Source: Dendrobates tinctorius (Eukaryota). From it: DNA of 64,000 bases. Location: contig NW_027361679.1 of the NCBI RefSeq assembly GCF_039654945.1, positions 105,958,001 through 106,022,000 on the forward strand, in the 5' to 3' direction. Numbering within the stretch: position 1 is the first letter of the stretch; every line of letters begins with the position of its first letter. The position numbers and the translations under genes were made by a program. A model generated the notes under the pieces. The model searched no databases. It worked only from the letters and a program-made list of their open reading frames with translations, and was not told the origin of the DNA. This document shows, in pieces, positions 12,901 to 23,977 of this stretch.

Positions 12901-14033
12901 AGGTCGTATTGGTGGCCGCACAAGACTCGAGACACTAAGGAATACATACAAGCATGCGTCTCGTGTGCACGGAACAGGTCCTCTAGACAGAGGCCGGCTG
13001 GGTTATTGTACCCTTTGCCGGTGGCGGATAGACCTTGGGAGATGGTTGGCATGGATTTTGTGGTTGGCCTGCCCAAGTCTGGTGGCAGTACGGTCATCTG
13101 GGTGGTCACTGACCATTTTTCTAAAATGGTGCATCTGGTGCCACTTGCACGGTTGCCTTCTGCTCATGGTCTTGCCACACTGTTAATAAAACATGTATTC
13201 CGTCTGCATGGCATGCCGGACAAAATTGTCAGTGATCGAGGTCCCCAGTTTGCGTCCCGGTTTTGGAGGGAGTTCTGCAGCCTACTCAGCATTGAGCTAA
13301 ACCTGTCCTCCGCTTACCATCCCGAGACGAACGGCTTGGTTGAGAGAGCCAACCAAACCTTGGTCACGTACCTGCGGCATTTCGTCTCTGCCAGGTAGGA
13401 TGACTGGGCACCCTTGCTACCATGGGCTGAATTTGCCCTGAATAATGCAGTGGCTGATTCCACTGGTCAGACGCCGTTCCTTCTAAATTACGGCCAGCAT
13501 CCGCACGTCCCTGTCCCGATGCCAGTGTCCTCCGCTATCTCCAGGGTGGCAGACAGGGCAGTGGAGGCTTGCGACATTTGGGATCGCACTCATAATGCAA
13601 TTCGTGCCTCTAAAGAGAGAATGAGGGCATCCGCTGGCTCTCTGCTCGAAACATCAAGCTGCGGGCCGAGTCCTCCAAGTTCGCGCCGCAATACATCGGA
13701 CCTTTTAAGGTTCTCGAGCGAATCAGCTCGGTGGTCTACCGCCTGGCTCTTCCTCCACATTTAGCCATTTCTGATGTTTTTCATGTGTCCCTTCTCAAAC
13801 CTGTTCACATGGCCCGTCTCTCTGAGTCATCTGCCGGGTCATCAGACTTGTCTTCGGACGAGTTTGAGGTTAACGCCATTGTGGGAGGCAGGATTGAGCG
13901 TGGCAAAAAGTTTTTATTTGGTGGACTGGAAGGGTCATGGTCCAGAGGCCCGGACCTGGGAACCTGTGGAGAACATCCACGCTCCACTCCTGATCGCAGC
14001 CTTTGAGCGTAGCGAGGCTCAGAGGGAGGGCAA
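9990..14033 (+). pseudogene. E1 gag-pol pseudogene
   Basis: Gag LPDKFSGD and CCHC knuckle CYQCRLFGHSASTC, protease MDSGAEGNF, RT YLDD, RNase H VDASSVG, integrase H-H-C-C plus SDRGPQF and ERANQTL, chromodomain EFEVNAI..YLVDWKGHGPEARTWEP. In-frame stops near 11380, 11644, 12106 and 13396, plus several frameshifts. Confidence 0.93.
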
Positions 14034-14038
14034 TGTTA

Positions 14039-14438
14039 GGCTAGTTTCACACTAGCATTTATGAGCGCAGCGACAGCCTGCGCACGGCCGCCGCTAAGCC
14101 CCACCCCCTGCCACCACAGTAGCTCCGCCCACCGGCACATGACGCTGCATGCGCCCCCTATCTTTATCACTGGGGCACAGGCTGTGCACAGTATGCGTTT
14201 GGCAGCGCATGCGTCCTTTTGACGGTGCGCCAAACGCAACCTGCTGCAGTTTGGTTGCGTCGGCGCACCGTCAACAAGGCGCATGCGCCGCCAAACGCAT
14301 ACTGCGCACGGCCTGCGCCCCCTGTGATAAAGATAGGGGACGCAGGGTGCATGCAGCGTCATGCACCGGAGCTACCGGCGGAGGCGCGGCTTAGCGTCGG
14401 CCGTCGCTGCGCTCATAAACGCTAGTGTGAAACTAGCC
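14039..14438. mobile_element. PIF/Harbinger-type (Tourist-like) MITE inserted in the E1 3' LTR
   Basis: TIR GGCTAGTTTCACACTAGC / GCTAGTGTGAAACTAGCC, TTA TSD, internally palindromic, absent from the 5' LTR. Confidence 0.92.
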
Positions 14439-15683
14439 TTAGGCGTCAGATACCTGCAGCTGCACAGCAGGAATCCAGAGCCATACATCCTGCGGTCTCC
14501 CATTCCTTTCCGACCGCTCAGGGACCTGCACAGCAATCTCGGCGATCCAGGTGCCCTGCTCAGACCAGCTCTCTGGGTCTGGATGTTGCTGTCACCTATG
14601 GACCAGCAATGGTAGTGCAACCTGCTTTGCAGGAAACCACTCCAGAGGCTAAGTCCTCTCGCAGCGCTACTGGGCACGCCCACGAGACGATCTCCCAGTG
14701 GAGATCGGGGGTCACATGCTCAGGTCCTTGTCCTGGTCTGATTGGCCCATCTCAGAGGTCTGGAAAGTCCCGGAAGTGCATGACTATAAAAGGCCCACAT
14801 GGCCGCTCGCCCATGCGCTAGTATAGGCTATACTTGCTATGTGTGAATGGTGACGGATGTATGATTCTGGTGACTAACTCATTTGAAACCCCTTCCCTCT
14901 GATATTACGCATGTGGATAGGGAACTAGAAAGATAGTCAGCACGAGTCAGTGGCAAGCTATAGGCCACAGTGCATACTGCACCTCTGCACTAGCGTTCGA
15001 TGGTGTCACAGCACTATCGTATAGCGGCAGTAGTTACCGCCACGCTGCAGTTAACAGCACTTACCGGCGGTTGCGACGCTGCACGGTAGGTCAAGACGGA
15101 CACTGACCTCTGTCTTGGGCCGTGTCCTGTGACCATATACCATGTGTGCACGCCAGCTGAGACCTGTGAAGCTAACAGGCTCGGCGTTTATGCTTTAGGG
15201 CCTCTGTGAGTTTAACAGAGTCCGCTCTGCGCACCCCGGGTGACGTTTAACCTGAGCGCAGTATACCGCCATATAAGCGAGTCCGCCATTGCTCATCAGC
15301 GGTTGTTGCACCTACTGCACAGTGGACCCCGGGCGGCGAACGCACTTCCTATTATTTATATTTAGTGCGTTCCGCCGTCACTAACAGCATCATAGTAATC
15401 TTAGTGTATGCAATCTTTTGTCTTTGCAGTAATAGAAATGCTTTAAAACATTCTCTCTCTTATTATTCTAGCATTTGGCAAATATTAATATTTATGGTAA
15501 TGGTACTTGACCAAAAAAGGGGAAAGGTTTATTCTGATTTCATGTCAGATATTGAGAAAAACATGCGTGTGTCTTTTTATGTAGTGTATGTAAACTTCTG
15601 GTTTCAACTGTAGGTAAATTTGATCATGTTTATGATGTTTTTGTTTTAACATGGCACACAATGTACCATTATTTTCATGGTAC

Positions 15684-16394
15684 TGTGGTGTAGTAACCAC
15701 TGTGTCCACTAGGGGGCGCTGTGTGGATATCCCAGGAGAAAGGATGAATGGCAGAATACTGAATGGCCATTATGTATCTCAAATCTCAAAGTGGGTGGCT
15801 TTGAGATGGAGACTTATGTGTGTGTTGATCAGCAGTGATACTGCTGAGGTGCTGCTTTAATGTGTCAGGGAGAAGTCTTCAGGTAACTAGGGAGATGGGC
15901 GGGCCAGTTACCTACAAACCCACCCAAGGGGTGTGTTTATGAGTGTCATAATAAAGTATATGTGTGTGAATGCTTGAAGGACCTGTGATGAGGTCATAGC
16001 CATGTGACCCGCTGGGCGTGACTACGGACCATATAAGGTAACCAGAGTAGGTCACGAGAGAGAGCGCATGGATCTGATTGGACCATGTGGAAGGTCCCGA
16101 CAGGCCTATGTGGAGGAAGGTGTGCTACCTTCCTGAAGACCACGTGCTGAGGCTGCTGACCCGGTGAGGCCTATGTGTATTGGCTGTATATGAGGACGGA
16201 TAAGCCTCCTGTGTTTTGCTGAGGCTCCAGGACAGAGTCTGAAATCATGGACACTTATGCTTGCTTTTGCCTGAGCTAAAGGCTATTCATTATGTGCTGC
16301 TTTATGGGTTATGAAGCAATAAACCCTATGAACTTTTAAAGGAACGTGCCTCCTGATTGACTCCCGTGGCTCCTGAGTGAGTTGAATCCCTACA
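15684..16394 (+). mobile_element. Solo LTR with a 4-bp TSD
   Basis: TGTGG...CTACA, TSD GTAC on both sides, AATAAA near 16318. Confidence 0.75.
15706..15719 (+). promoter_or_regulatory. CTCF consensus motif inside the solo LTR
   Basis: CCACTAGGGGGCGC matches the CTCF core consensus. Confidence 0.55.
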
Positions 16395-16755
16395 GTACCT
16401 ACATATTGCTGCTTACTTTTATCATGGACTACACTGTTAATGTTTTGTTTTTGACTTCTAGATTTATATCCAATGGTCTCTCCTATGCAGCACTTCATCT
16501 GGAGTTTCTTATTGGGCAATGTACCATCTCAGCCATTGTACGTTCTACTTGTACAGAAATCTGGTCCCGCCTTCAGAATTCCGTTATGCCCGACCTCTAA
16601 CGAGAAGACTGGCTGCACGTTTGGAATCGGTACCTTATGTAATGGCTGCTGATGAAACCAAGTAGAGGACTTGACCACCGGCGGCGAATTTAAAATTATC
16701 GGCTATCACGCACAAGGCTATTGTTGGAGTTTGCCTTTGGAATCCTATGTGCAAA

Positions 16756-17012
16756 TACTTATGTCCCCCCCTAAAAAATTGAGAAAAGTATTCAAGCAGT
16801 GATACCTTTTATTACAAGTAATCTAGCCTGATGAAGGGGCCTTTTGAGCCCTGAAAGCTTGCTTGCAAATATAATTTCTCTGGTTAGCCAATTAAGGTAT
16901 AACTGCTTGAATACTTTTCTCAATTTTTTTTTTTTTTGGGGGACATAAGTATTTACATCTATTATTCTGGCTAACACAGTACCACAATATTATTTTGTAT
17001 TGTACATCGTAA
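16756..17012 (+). mobile_element. Short Penelope-like / retrozyme-like fold-back insertion
   Basis: 16-bp direct repeat GAATCCTATGTGCAAA at 16740-16755 and 17013-17028. Inverted arms about 16753-16808 and 16894-16954. Hammerhead core in the loop. Confidence 0.78.
16825..16863 (+). ncRNA. Minimal type I hammerhead ribozyme (Penelope-type)
   Basis: AGC-CTGATGA-A-GGGGC-cttttga-GCCCT-GAAA-GCTT-GCT. Both core boxes are present, with a 5-bp stem II, a palindromic AAGCTT stem III and a 3-bp stem I. Confidence 0.68.
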
Positions 17013-18186
17013 GAATCCTATGTGCAAAAGAGTGGATGTCAGCCATCCAATTAAGTGAAGCTAATGTAAATGGTGTGATTATGGTCTGTGTGATCCTTCA
17101 CAGTTTCACAAGGATCCCTGACTGTCCAAAAAATGATGCTGATGAGGGAGAATATAGGAATAATAGCTGACCTACAACACATGTTGTCAGCCTTTTGGCC
17201 TTAAAGTGCGGGACATATTCATAAATTATTTTGTTTCACCAGAGGGATATACTCCTTGGCAAGACTATGATGTGTCTATGTTATAATAGCCTTTGTTTAC
17301 TTTATTTCGAGAAAAAACTGTTAATATGTACAAAGTGTATGATGTGTTATGAATGAGTCACCGAAGGAGGAAAAAACAAAAATATACGCTAAGTCCAGAA
17401 AACCGGAGAGGTTGGTCGCTATCGGATTGCAGACCCCTGATCCTATTCACACAACTAACAGTAGCCGTGGGGGGTTCCTACGGTGCCCTAGACCCCTCGT
17501 TCACAGCCGGAGAACTATATAAGCCTAAAGAAAGAAAGGGGAAATCTAAACTTCCCCAGAGCAGACCCCAAAGCAATAGACAGCCCCCAACATGTATTGT
17601 CGGTGAAAAGCATATGAAAACACAAACACAGACAGAAAGACAGGTTGAGCAAATGATGGGGCCCAACTAACTAAATAGGAAAGGACAGAAAAGATGCTGG
17701 CTGCAATTCGCAAAAATACTGCCAAAATAATGTCCAACACGTCTGATAGAAAAAAGGCCCTGAAGTCAGTAGACTTCAAAAACACTATATCAGCACTCAG
17801 GTATATTCTGAAGACTGAGCAAAAGATCAACTTGACCAGAGACAAAAATGGAGCTCAGCCTGTACCAACAAGGGCAGGCAGAACACAAACACTAAGTAAA
17901 CAGACAATATCTCATGGAAAAATAGGAGAGCAAATACTTAGCTTTCAGAAGACAGGTACTCAACTGGTTTGCAAGAGCTCAGAGCAGAATGGATCACCAG
18001 CACCCCTGTAGGGCGTCGGCTGCCTTATATCCACTCAGTGATTCCGGGTGTCCAATCAGGCTCCACCTGTTCAGATGACAGGTTCTTCCCAACCCAATTA
18101 ATTTCACTACCTCTCTTCATCAGCAGAGGGAGTTCATCAGACATCAACGGTGAAGGGGAAAATGAACTCACAACAGCACCTCCCCC

Positions 18187-21002
18187 TTGAGGAGGGGTCA
18201 CCGAACCCTCATCCACGCCACCAGGACAATCAGGATGGGCCCGATGAAAAGCACGAACCAATCTTTCGGCATGAATATCGGATGCAGGGACCCAAGAATT
18301 ATCCTCTTGGCCATAACCCTTCCATTTAACAAATACTGGAGTCTCCGTCTAGCCAGGCGAGAATCCAGTATCTTCTCAACCTCATATTCCACATTACCTT
18401 CCACCAATACAGGGTCAGGAGGTGCCACCACAGGAACTACTGGCTCAACAAACCTCTTTAATAGAGACTTATGAAACACGTTATGGATCTTAAATGTAAC
18501 AGGAAGAGCCAATCGAAAAGAGACAGGATTAAGAATCTCCAAAATCTTGTAAGGTCCAATAAATCTAGGTTTAAACTTTGGAGAAGCCACCTTCATAGAG
18601 ATATTCTTTGATGACAACCAAACCATATCACCCACCTTAAACTGGGGACCAATGGTCCTATGACTGTTGGAAAACCGCTGGGCCATTTCCTGGGAGAGAG
18701 ACAACTTATCCACCACTTGGTCCCAGATCTGGTGCATTCTCTCCACCACAGTGTCAACACCTGGGCAGGCAGAAGACTCCACCTGCCCTGAAGAGAATCG
18801 AGGATGAAACCCAAAGTTACAAAAAAAAAGGTGACATCAAAGTGGCAGAACTAGCTCTATTATTTAAAGCAAATTCGGCCAAGGGCAAAAATGAAACCCA
18901 ATCATCCTGATCAGCAGAAATAAAACATCTCAAAAACGACTCCAAAGTCTGGTTTGTTCTCTCCGTCTACCCATTGGTCTGAGGGTGAAACGCAGAGGAA
19001 AAGGCAACTGAATTCCCAGCTGGGAACAGAAAGTCCTCCAAAATCTAGAAATAAACTGAACTCCTCTGTCAGATACAATGTTCTCAGGAATCCCGTGCAA
19101 GCGAACCACCTGTTGCAAAAATAAGGGCACCAACTCTGAGGAAGATGGCAACTTAGGGAGTGGTACAAGATGGACCATCTTAGAGAATCTATCACAAATC
19201 ACCCAAATAACAGTCATTTTCTGAGAGACAGGCATATCAGAGATAAAATCCATTGAAATATGGGTCCATGGCCTCCTGGGCACCGGCAAAGGCATCAGCA
19301 ACCCACTAGAGCGAGAACAAGGTTTAGACCGGGAGCAAGTACCACAGGACTGCACAAAACTCCTGACATCACGAGACAAGGCGGGCCACCAAAAAGACCG
19401 ACTCACCAAATCTTTAGTACCAAAAATACCTGGATGACCAGCCAATGCAGAGCAATGAGCTTCAGACATCACTCTCTTCCTCCACTGGTCAGGAACATAC
19501 AATTTTCCAATGGGACAACGCTCAGGTTTGTCCTCCTGAAACTCTTCCAGAGCACGTCTCAAATAGGGCGAGATGGCAGAAAGAACTACCCCCTCACCTA
19601 AGATGGTAGCAGGCTTGGTCACAACAGGAGAATCAGCAAAGAAACTCCTAGAGAGGGCGTCTGCCTTGACATTCTTAGTGCCCGGAAGAAAAGAGACCAC
19701 AAAATCAAAACGTGTGAAAAACAAGGCCCACCTAGCCTGTCTAGGATTCAAGCGTTTGGCCGACTCCAGGTAAATCAAATTCTTGTGGTCAGTAAGGACC
19801 ACAACTTGATGTTTAGCTCCCTCCAACAATGTCTCCACTCCTCAAATTCCCATTTCATGGCCAACAGTTCCCGATTCCCCACATCATAGTTACGTTCAGA
19901 TGGGGAGAACTTCAGGAAAAGAAAGCACAGGGATTCATCTTAGATGTTACCGGATCTTTTTGGGACAAAACAGCTCCTGCACCAATCTCAGAAGCGTCCA
20001 CCTCTACCTGAAATGGGAGTGAGACATCAGGTTGCCGCAAAACCGGAGCAGAAGTGAACCTTCGCTTCAGCTCCTGAAAGGAAGAAACAGCCTCCGGAGA
20101 CCAATTCAACACATCAGCACCCTTCTTAGTCAAATCAGTCAATGGTTTGGCAATACCAGAAAAATTAGCTATAAATTTACGATAAAAATTAGCAAAACCC
20201 AAAAACTTCTGGAGGGCCTTCAAAGAAGTGGGCTGAACCCAATCATAAATGGCCTGTACCTCGGCTGGGTCCATTTCAATAGTTGACGGAGACAAAATAA
20301 ATCCCAAAAATGAAATCCTCTGTACCCCAAAAAGGCATTTCGATCCCTTGACATACAGGGAATTATCCCTCAAAATCCGGAACACAGTCCGAACATGTTC
20401 CACATGAGAGTCCCAATCCTTGGAAAAGATCAAAATATCATCCAGATAGATGATCAAAAATTTATCCACAAAGTCTCGGAAAATATCATTCATGAAGCAC
20501 TGGAAGACAGAAGGGGCATTAGTGAGCCCAAAAGGCATCACCAGGTACTCAAAATGTCCCTCTGGCGTATTAAACGCCGTCTTCCATTCATCCCCATGCT
20601 TACTGCGAATAAGATTATACGCCCCCCTGAGGTCAAGCTTGGTAAACCAGCAAGCACCTTTAACTCTAGAGAATAGATCAGAAATCAGGAGTAACGGATA
20701 CTGATATTTAACAGTAATTTTGTTGAGGGAACGATAGTCAATACAAGGCCTTAATGAACCATCCTTCTTGGCCACGAAAAAAAAACCAGCACCTAAGGTG
20801 AAGAGGATGGTCTAATATGACCCTTCTCCAACGACTCCTTAATATAGGATCGCATGGCCTCGTGCTCGGGTACAGATAAATTGAAAAGTCGACCCTTGGG
20901 AAATTTACACCCAGGGCTTAGCTCAATTGCACAGTCATAACTCCTATGAGGAGGCAAAGACGCAGACTCATTCTCACTAAATACATCATAAAAATCAGCC
21001 AA
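18187..21002 (-). pseudogene. E2 pol (RT, RNase H, integrase, chromodomain), frameshifted
   Basis: [26 protein letters not shown], the GPY motif FIGPYKI, and chromodomain YEVEKILDSR, spread over several ORF fragments. Confidence 0.92.
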
Positions 21003-21020
21003 ATAGTCAGGAACATCATG

Positions 21021-22226
21021 CTACTGGGGAGAGGTGGAGAAAACAGGAGCATCACTAAAGGCACACCGACAACCCCAACTCACCACAGACACAGATTTCC
21101 AATCCAAAACTGGATTATGGATTTGTATCCAGGGAAACCCCAGAACAATGCTATCATGCAGATTATGCAACACCAAGAATCTGCAATTTTCTTGATGATC
21201 TGGGGCGACCCGCATTACCACCTGGGTCCAAAACTGAGCTTTATTCTTCACCAAAGGAGTAGCATCAATACCCCTCAAAGGGATAGGCGTCCGCAGAGGT
21301 GTCATAGGAAATCCACAACGTTTAGCAAAATCCAAGTCCATCAGGTTCAGAGCTGCTCCCGAATGCACAAAAGCCTTAGCGGAAAATGTGGACAGGGAGG
21401 AGATCAGAGTAATGGCTAGAAGAAACTTAGGTTGAACACTGCCCACAGCAAATGTGTGTGCAAAACGTTTCTCTTGTTTAGGGCAGAGAGAAATAATATG
21501 CGAGTCATCTCCACAGAAAAAACACAACTTATTACGCCTTCTGAACTCCTGACGTTGCGCCCTAGACAAAACTCTATCACATTGCATAGGTTCAGACATT
21601 TGTTCAACAGGTGGCAACACCTCTCGTGCAGTTTTGCGTTCGCGCAAACGCCGATCAACCTGAATGGCTAATGACATAGAATCATCAAGACCAGAGGGAA
21701 CAGGAAATCCCACCATAGTATCTTTTACGGTTTCTGACAAACCCTTCTGAAAGAGAGCTGCCAAGGCACCATCATTCCAAGTAGTAAGGACCGCCCACTT
21801 TCGGAATTTTTGACAGTACAACTCTGCAGAATCCTGACCCTGGCTCAATGCCAACAGGGCCTTTTCAGCCTGATCAATAGCATTACATTCATCATACAAC
21901 AGCCCTAAGGCTTGAAAAAATGCGTTCACATTAGCTAGAATAGGATCATCAGGTTTCAAAGAAAACGCCCAATCCTGAGGATCGCCGCGCAGCAAAGAGA
22001 TGACAATTTTAACCTGCTGCGCGGAGCTCCCTGATGAGTTAGGCTTCAAGGCAAAAAATAATTTACAATTATTCTTAAAGTTCAAAAATTTAGACCGATC
22101 CCCAAAAAACACATCAGGAGTAGGGATCTTTGATTCAGCAACATGTGAATGAGCAAGATAGGTGGAAATTCCCCGCACTTCAGCAGCGAGCTGCTCCACA
22201 CGATCAGACAATTGCTTCATCTCCAT
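21021..22226 (-). pseudogene. E2 gag plus protease ORF (401 aa)
   Basis: PDVFFGDRSKF, CFFCGDDSHIISLC knuckle, and protease motif FVHSGA (catalytic D changed to H). Confidence 0.9.
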
Positions 22227-23634
22227 TGAGAAGAAAAAAATTCCCCCTACAGCCTCAAAGACATAGAGGAAAAAATATACACAAAAAAAAATTCCTTTTT
22301 TTTTTTTTTTTTTTTTACAATTCTTTCCTGCTATTGAGTACCCTAGAATCTGCGGTATGGCTGGTGATTCTGTTATGAATGAGTCACCGAAGGAGGAAAA
22401 AACAAAAATACAAGCTAAGTCCAGAAAACTGGAGAGGTTGGTAGCTATCGGATTGCAGACCCCTGATCCTATTCACACAACTAACAGTAGCCGTGGGGGG
22501 GTTCCTACGGTGCCCTAGACCCCTCGTTCACAGCCAGAGAACTAAATAAGCCTAAAGAAAGAAAGGGGAAATCTAAACTGCCCCAGAGCAGACCCCAAAG
22601 CAATAGACAGCCCCCAACATGTATTGTCGGTGAAAAGCAGATGAAAACACAAACACAGACAGAAAGACAGGTTGAGCAAACGATGGGGCCCAACTAACTA
22701 AATAGGAAAGGACAGAAAAGATGCTGACTGCAATCTGCAAAAATACTGCCAAAATAATGTCCAACACGTCTGATAGAAAAAAGGCCCTGAAGTCAGTAGA
22801 CTTCAAAAACACTATATCAGCACTCAGGTATATTCTGAAGACTGAGCAAAAGATCAACTTGACCAGAGACAAAAATGGAGCTCAGCCTGTACCAACAAGG
22901 GCAGGCAGAACACAAACACTAAGTAAACAGACAATATCTCATGGAAAAATAAGAGAGCAAATACTTAGCCTTCAGAAGACAGGTACTGAACTGGTTTGCA
23001 AGAGCTCAGAGCAGAAAGGATCACCAGCACCCCTGTAGGGCGTCGGCTGCCTTATATCCACTCAGTGATTCCGGGTGTCCAATCAGGCTCCACCTGTTCA
23101 GATGACAGGTTCTTCCCAACCCAATTAATTTCACTACCTCTCTTCACCAGCAGAGGGAGTTCATCAGACATCAACGGTGAAGGGGAAAATGAACTCACAA
23201 CAATGATGCCTATTTATGTGAAAAACTATACCCTCTATATCTGAAGCATAGAGTATACATTCAAAAACACAAAACTCACACACTTAACTAACATTTTAAC
23301 TTCAAACAAGTGTCATTTTTATCAAAAACAGCCATATTAAAATCATATGGCAAATTAAGGAATTATTTGTGGGCTCTGTCTTGGGACAAGGTATTGGCCA
23401 CTTGGGTAAGGGTAGGTAAGCTCATGTGGAATTTAGTATTGCATATGGCTAAACCTCCCAGAATGGCCATGTTGAACATTCCCATGTTGAGACCATTCTC
23501 CTACAGTGGGTAAGTACAAGTGGCCATATTGGGCAGGTACAGCTGGATTTGGGAAGTTTAATTGTGGTGCTTATAATTGGAGGCGTTGGTAAGGTGTTTG
23601 CTGTGGATGAGGTGATGGGATCCATGGGAGAGGT

Positions 23635-23676
23635 GGACCAGTAGAAGCGCAAACCAGCGTGAAACGTTCGTTGTCT
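23635..23676 (+). ncRNA. Degenerate hammerhead-like motif in a probable Penelope tail
   Basis: GGAC-CAGTAGA-AGCGC-aaacca-GCGT-GAAA-CGTTCGTT-GTCT. Stems are retained, but the CTGANGA box has 2 mismatches. Confidence 0.4.
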
Positions 23677-23977
23677 GTCATTTTTCTCTTTATGGAATTA
23701 CTGCACCTGTTGCCACGCTGCTGGCACTTTTGCAATTTTTTGTCAACTGTCCAATAGAATAAAAATTAAAAAGGACTGAATTTTCTTCAAAAAGAAGGGT
23801 GAGCTCTGACTTTCTTTTTATATACGTTATAGTAAAGCTCCAATTATTTCCTGTCTTGGCAGCGCTCTTTATTGGAAAGTAGAGGCAGCAATATCAATAA
23901 CAGGTACCTTTAAAGGGGTTGTCCGGGCTTTTCACATAATCTCAGTACATATCTGGGCTGCAGAATTATGACATTAA

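Larger units (their letters stand above)
9007..15386 (+). mobile_element. Gypsy chromovirus (Tf1/sushi-like) LTR retrotransposon 'E1', full length, decayed
   Basis: LTRs 9007-9961 and 14034-15386 (TGTTAGG...CTAACA). TSD GCATC at 9002-9006 and 15387-15391. PPT AGAGGGAGGGCAA at 14021-14033. Domain order gag-PR-RT-RH-IN-chromodomain. Confidence 0.97.
17345..23202 (-). mobile_element. Gypsy chromovirus LTR retrotransposon 'E2', full length, decayed
   Basis: Near-identical LTRs 17345-18175 and 22371-23202 (TGTT...AACA). Flanking direct repeat ATGATG at 17339-17344 and 23203-23208. PPT AAGGGGGAGG next to 18175. Confidence 0.97.

Noticed and set aside
16649-16690. Hammerhead at CTGATGA 16649
   Set aside because: No GAAA box closes a stem II at the right distance.
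17353-18190. ORFs duplicated at 22505-23244 as a gene pair
   Set aside because: They lie inside the two E2 LTRs and are duplicated only because the LTRs are. The same holds for 8937-9386 / 14609-14821 and 58299-58763 / 63386-63745.
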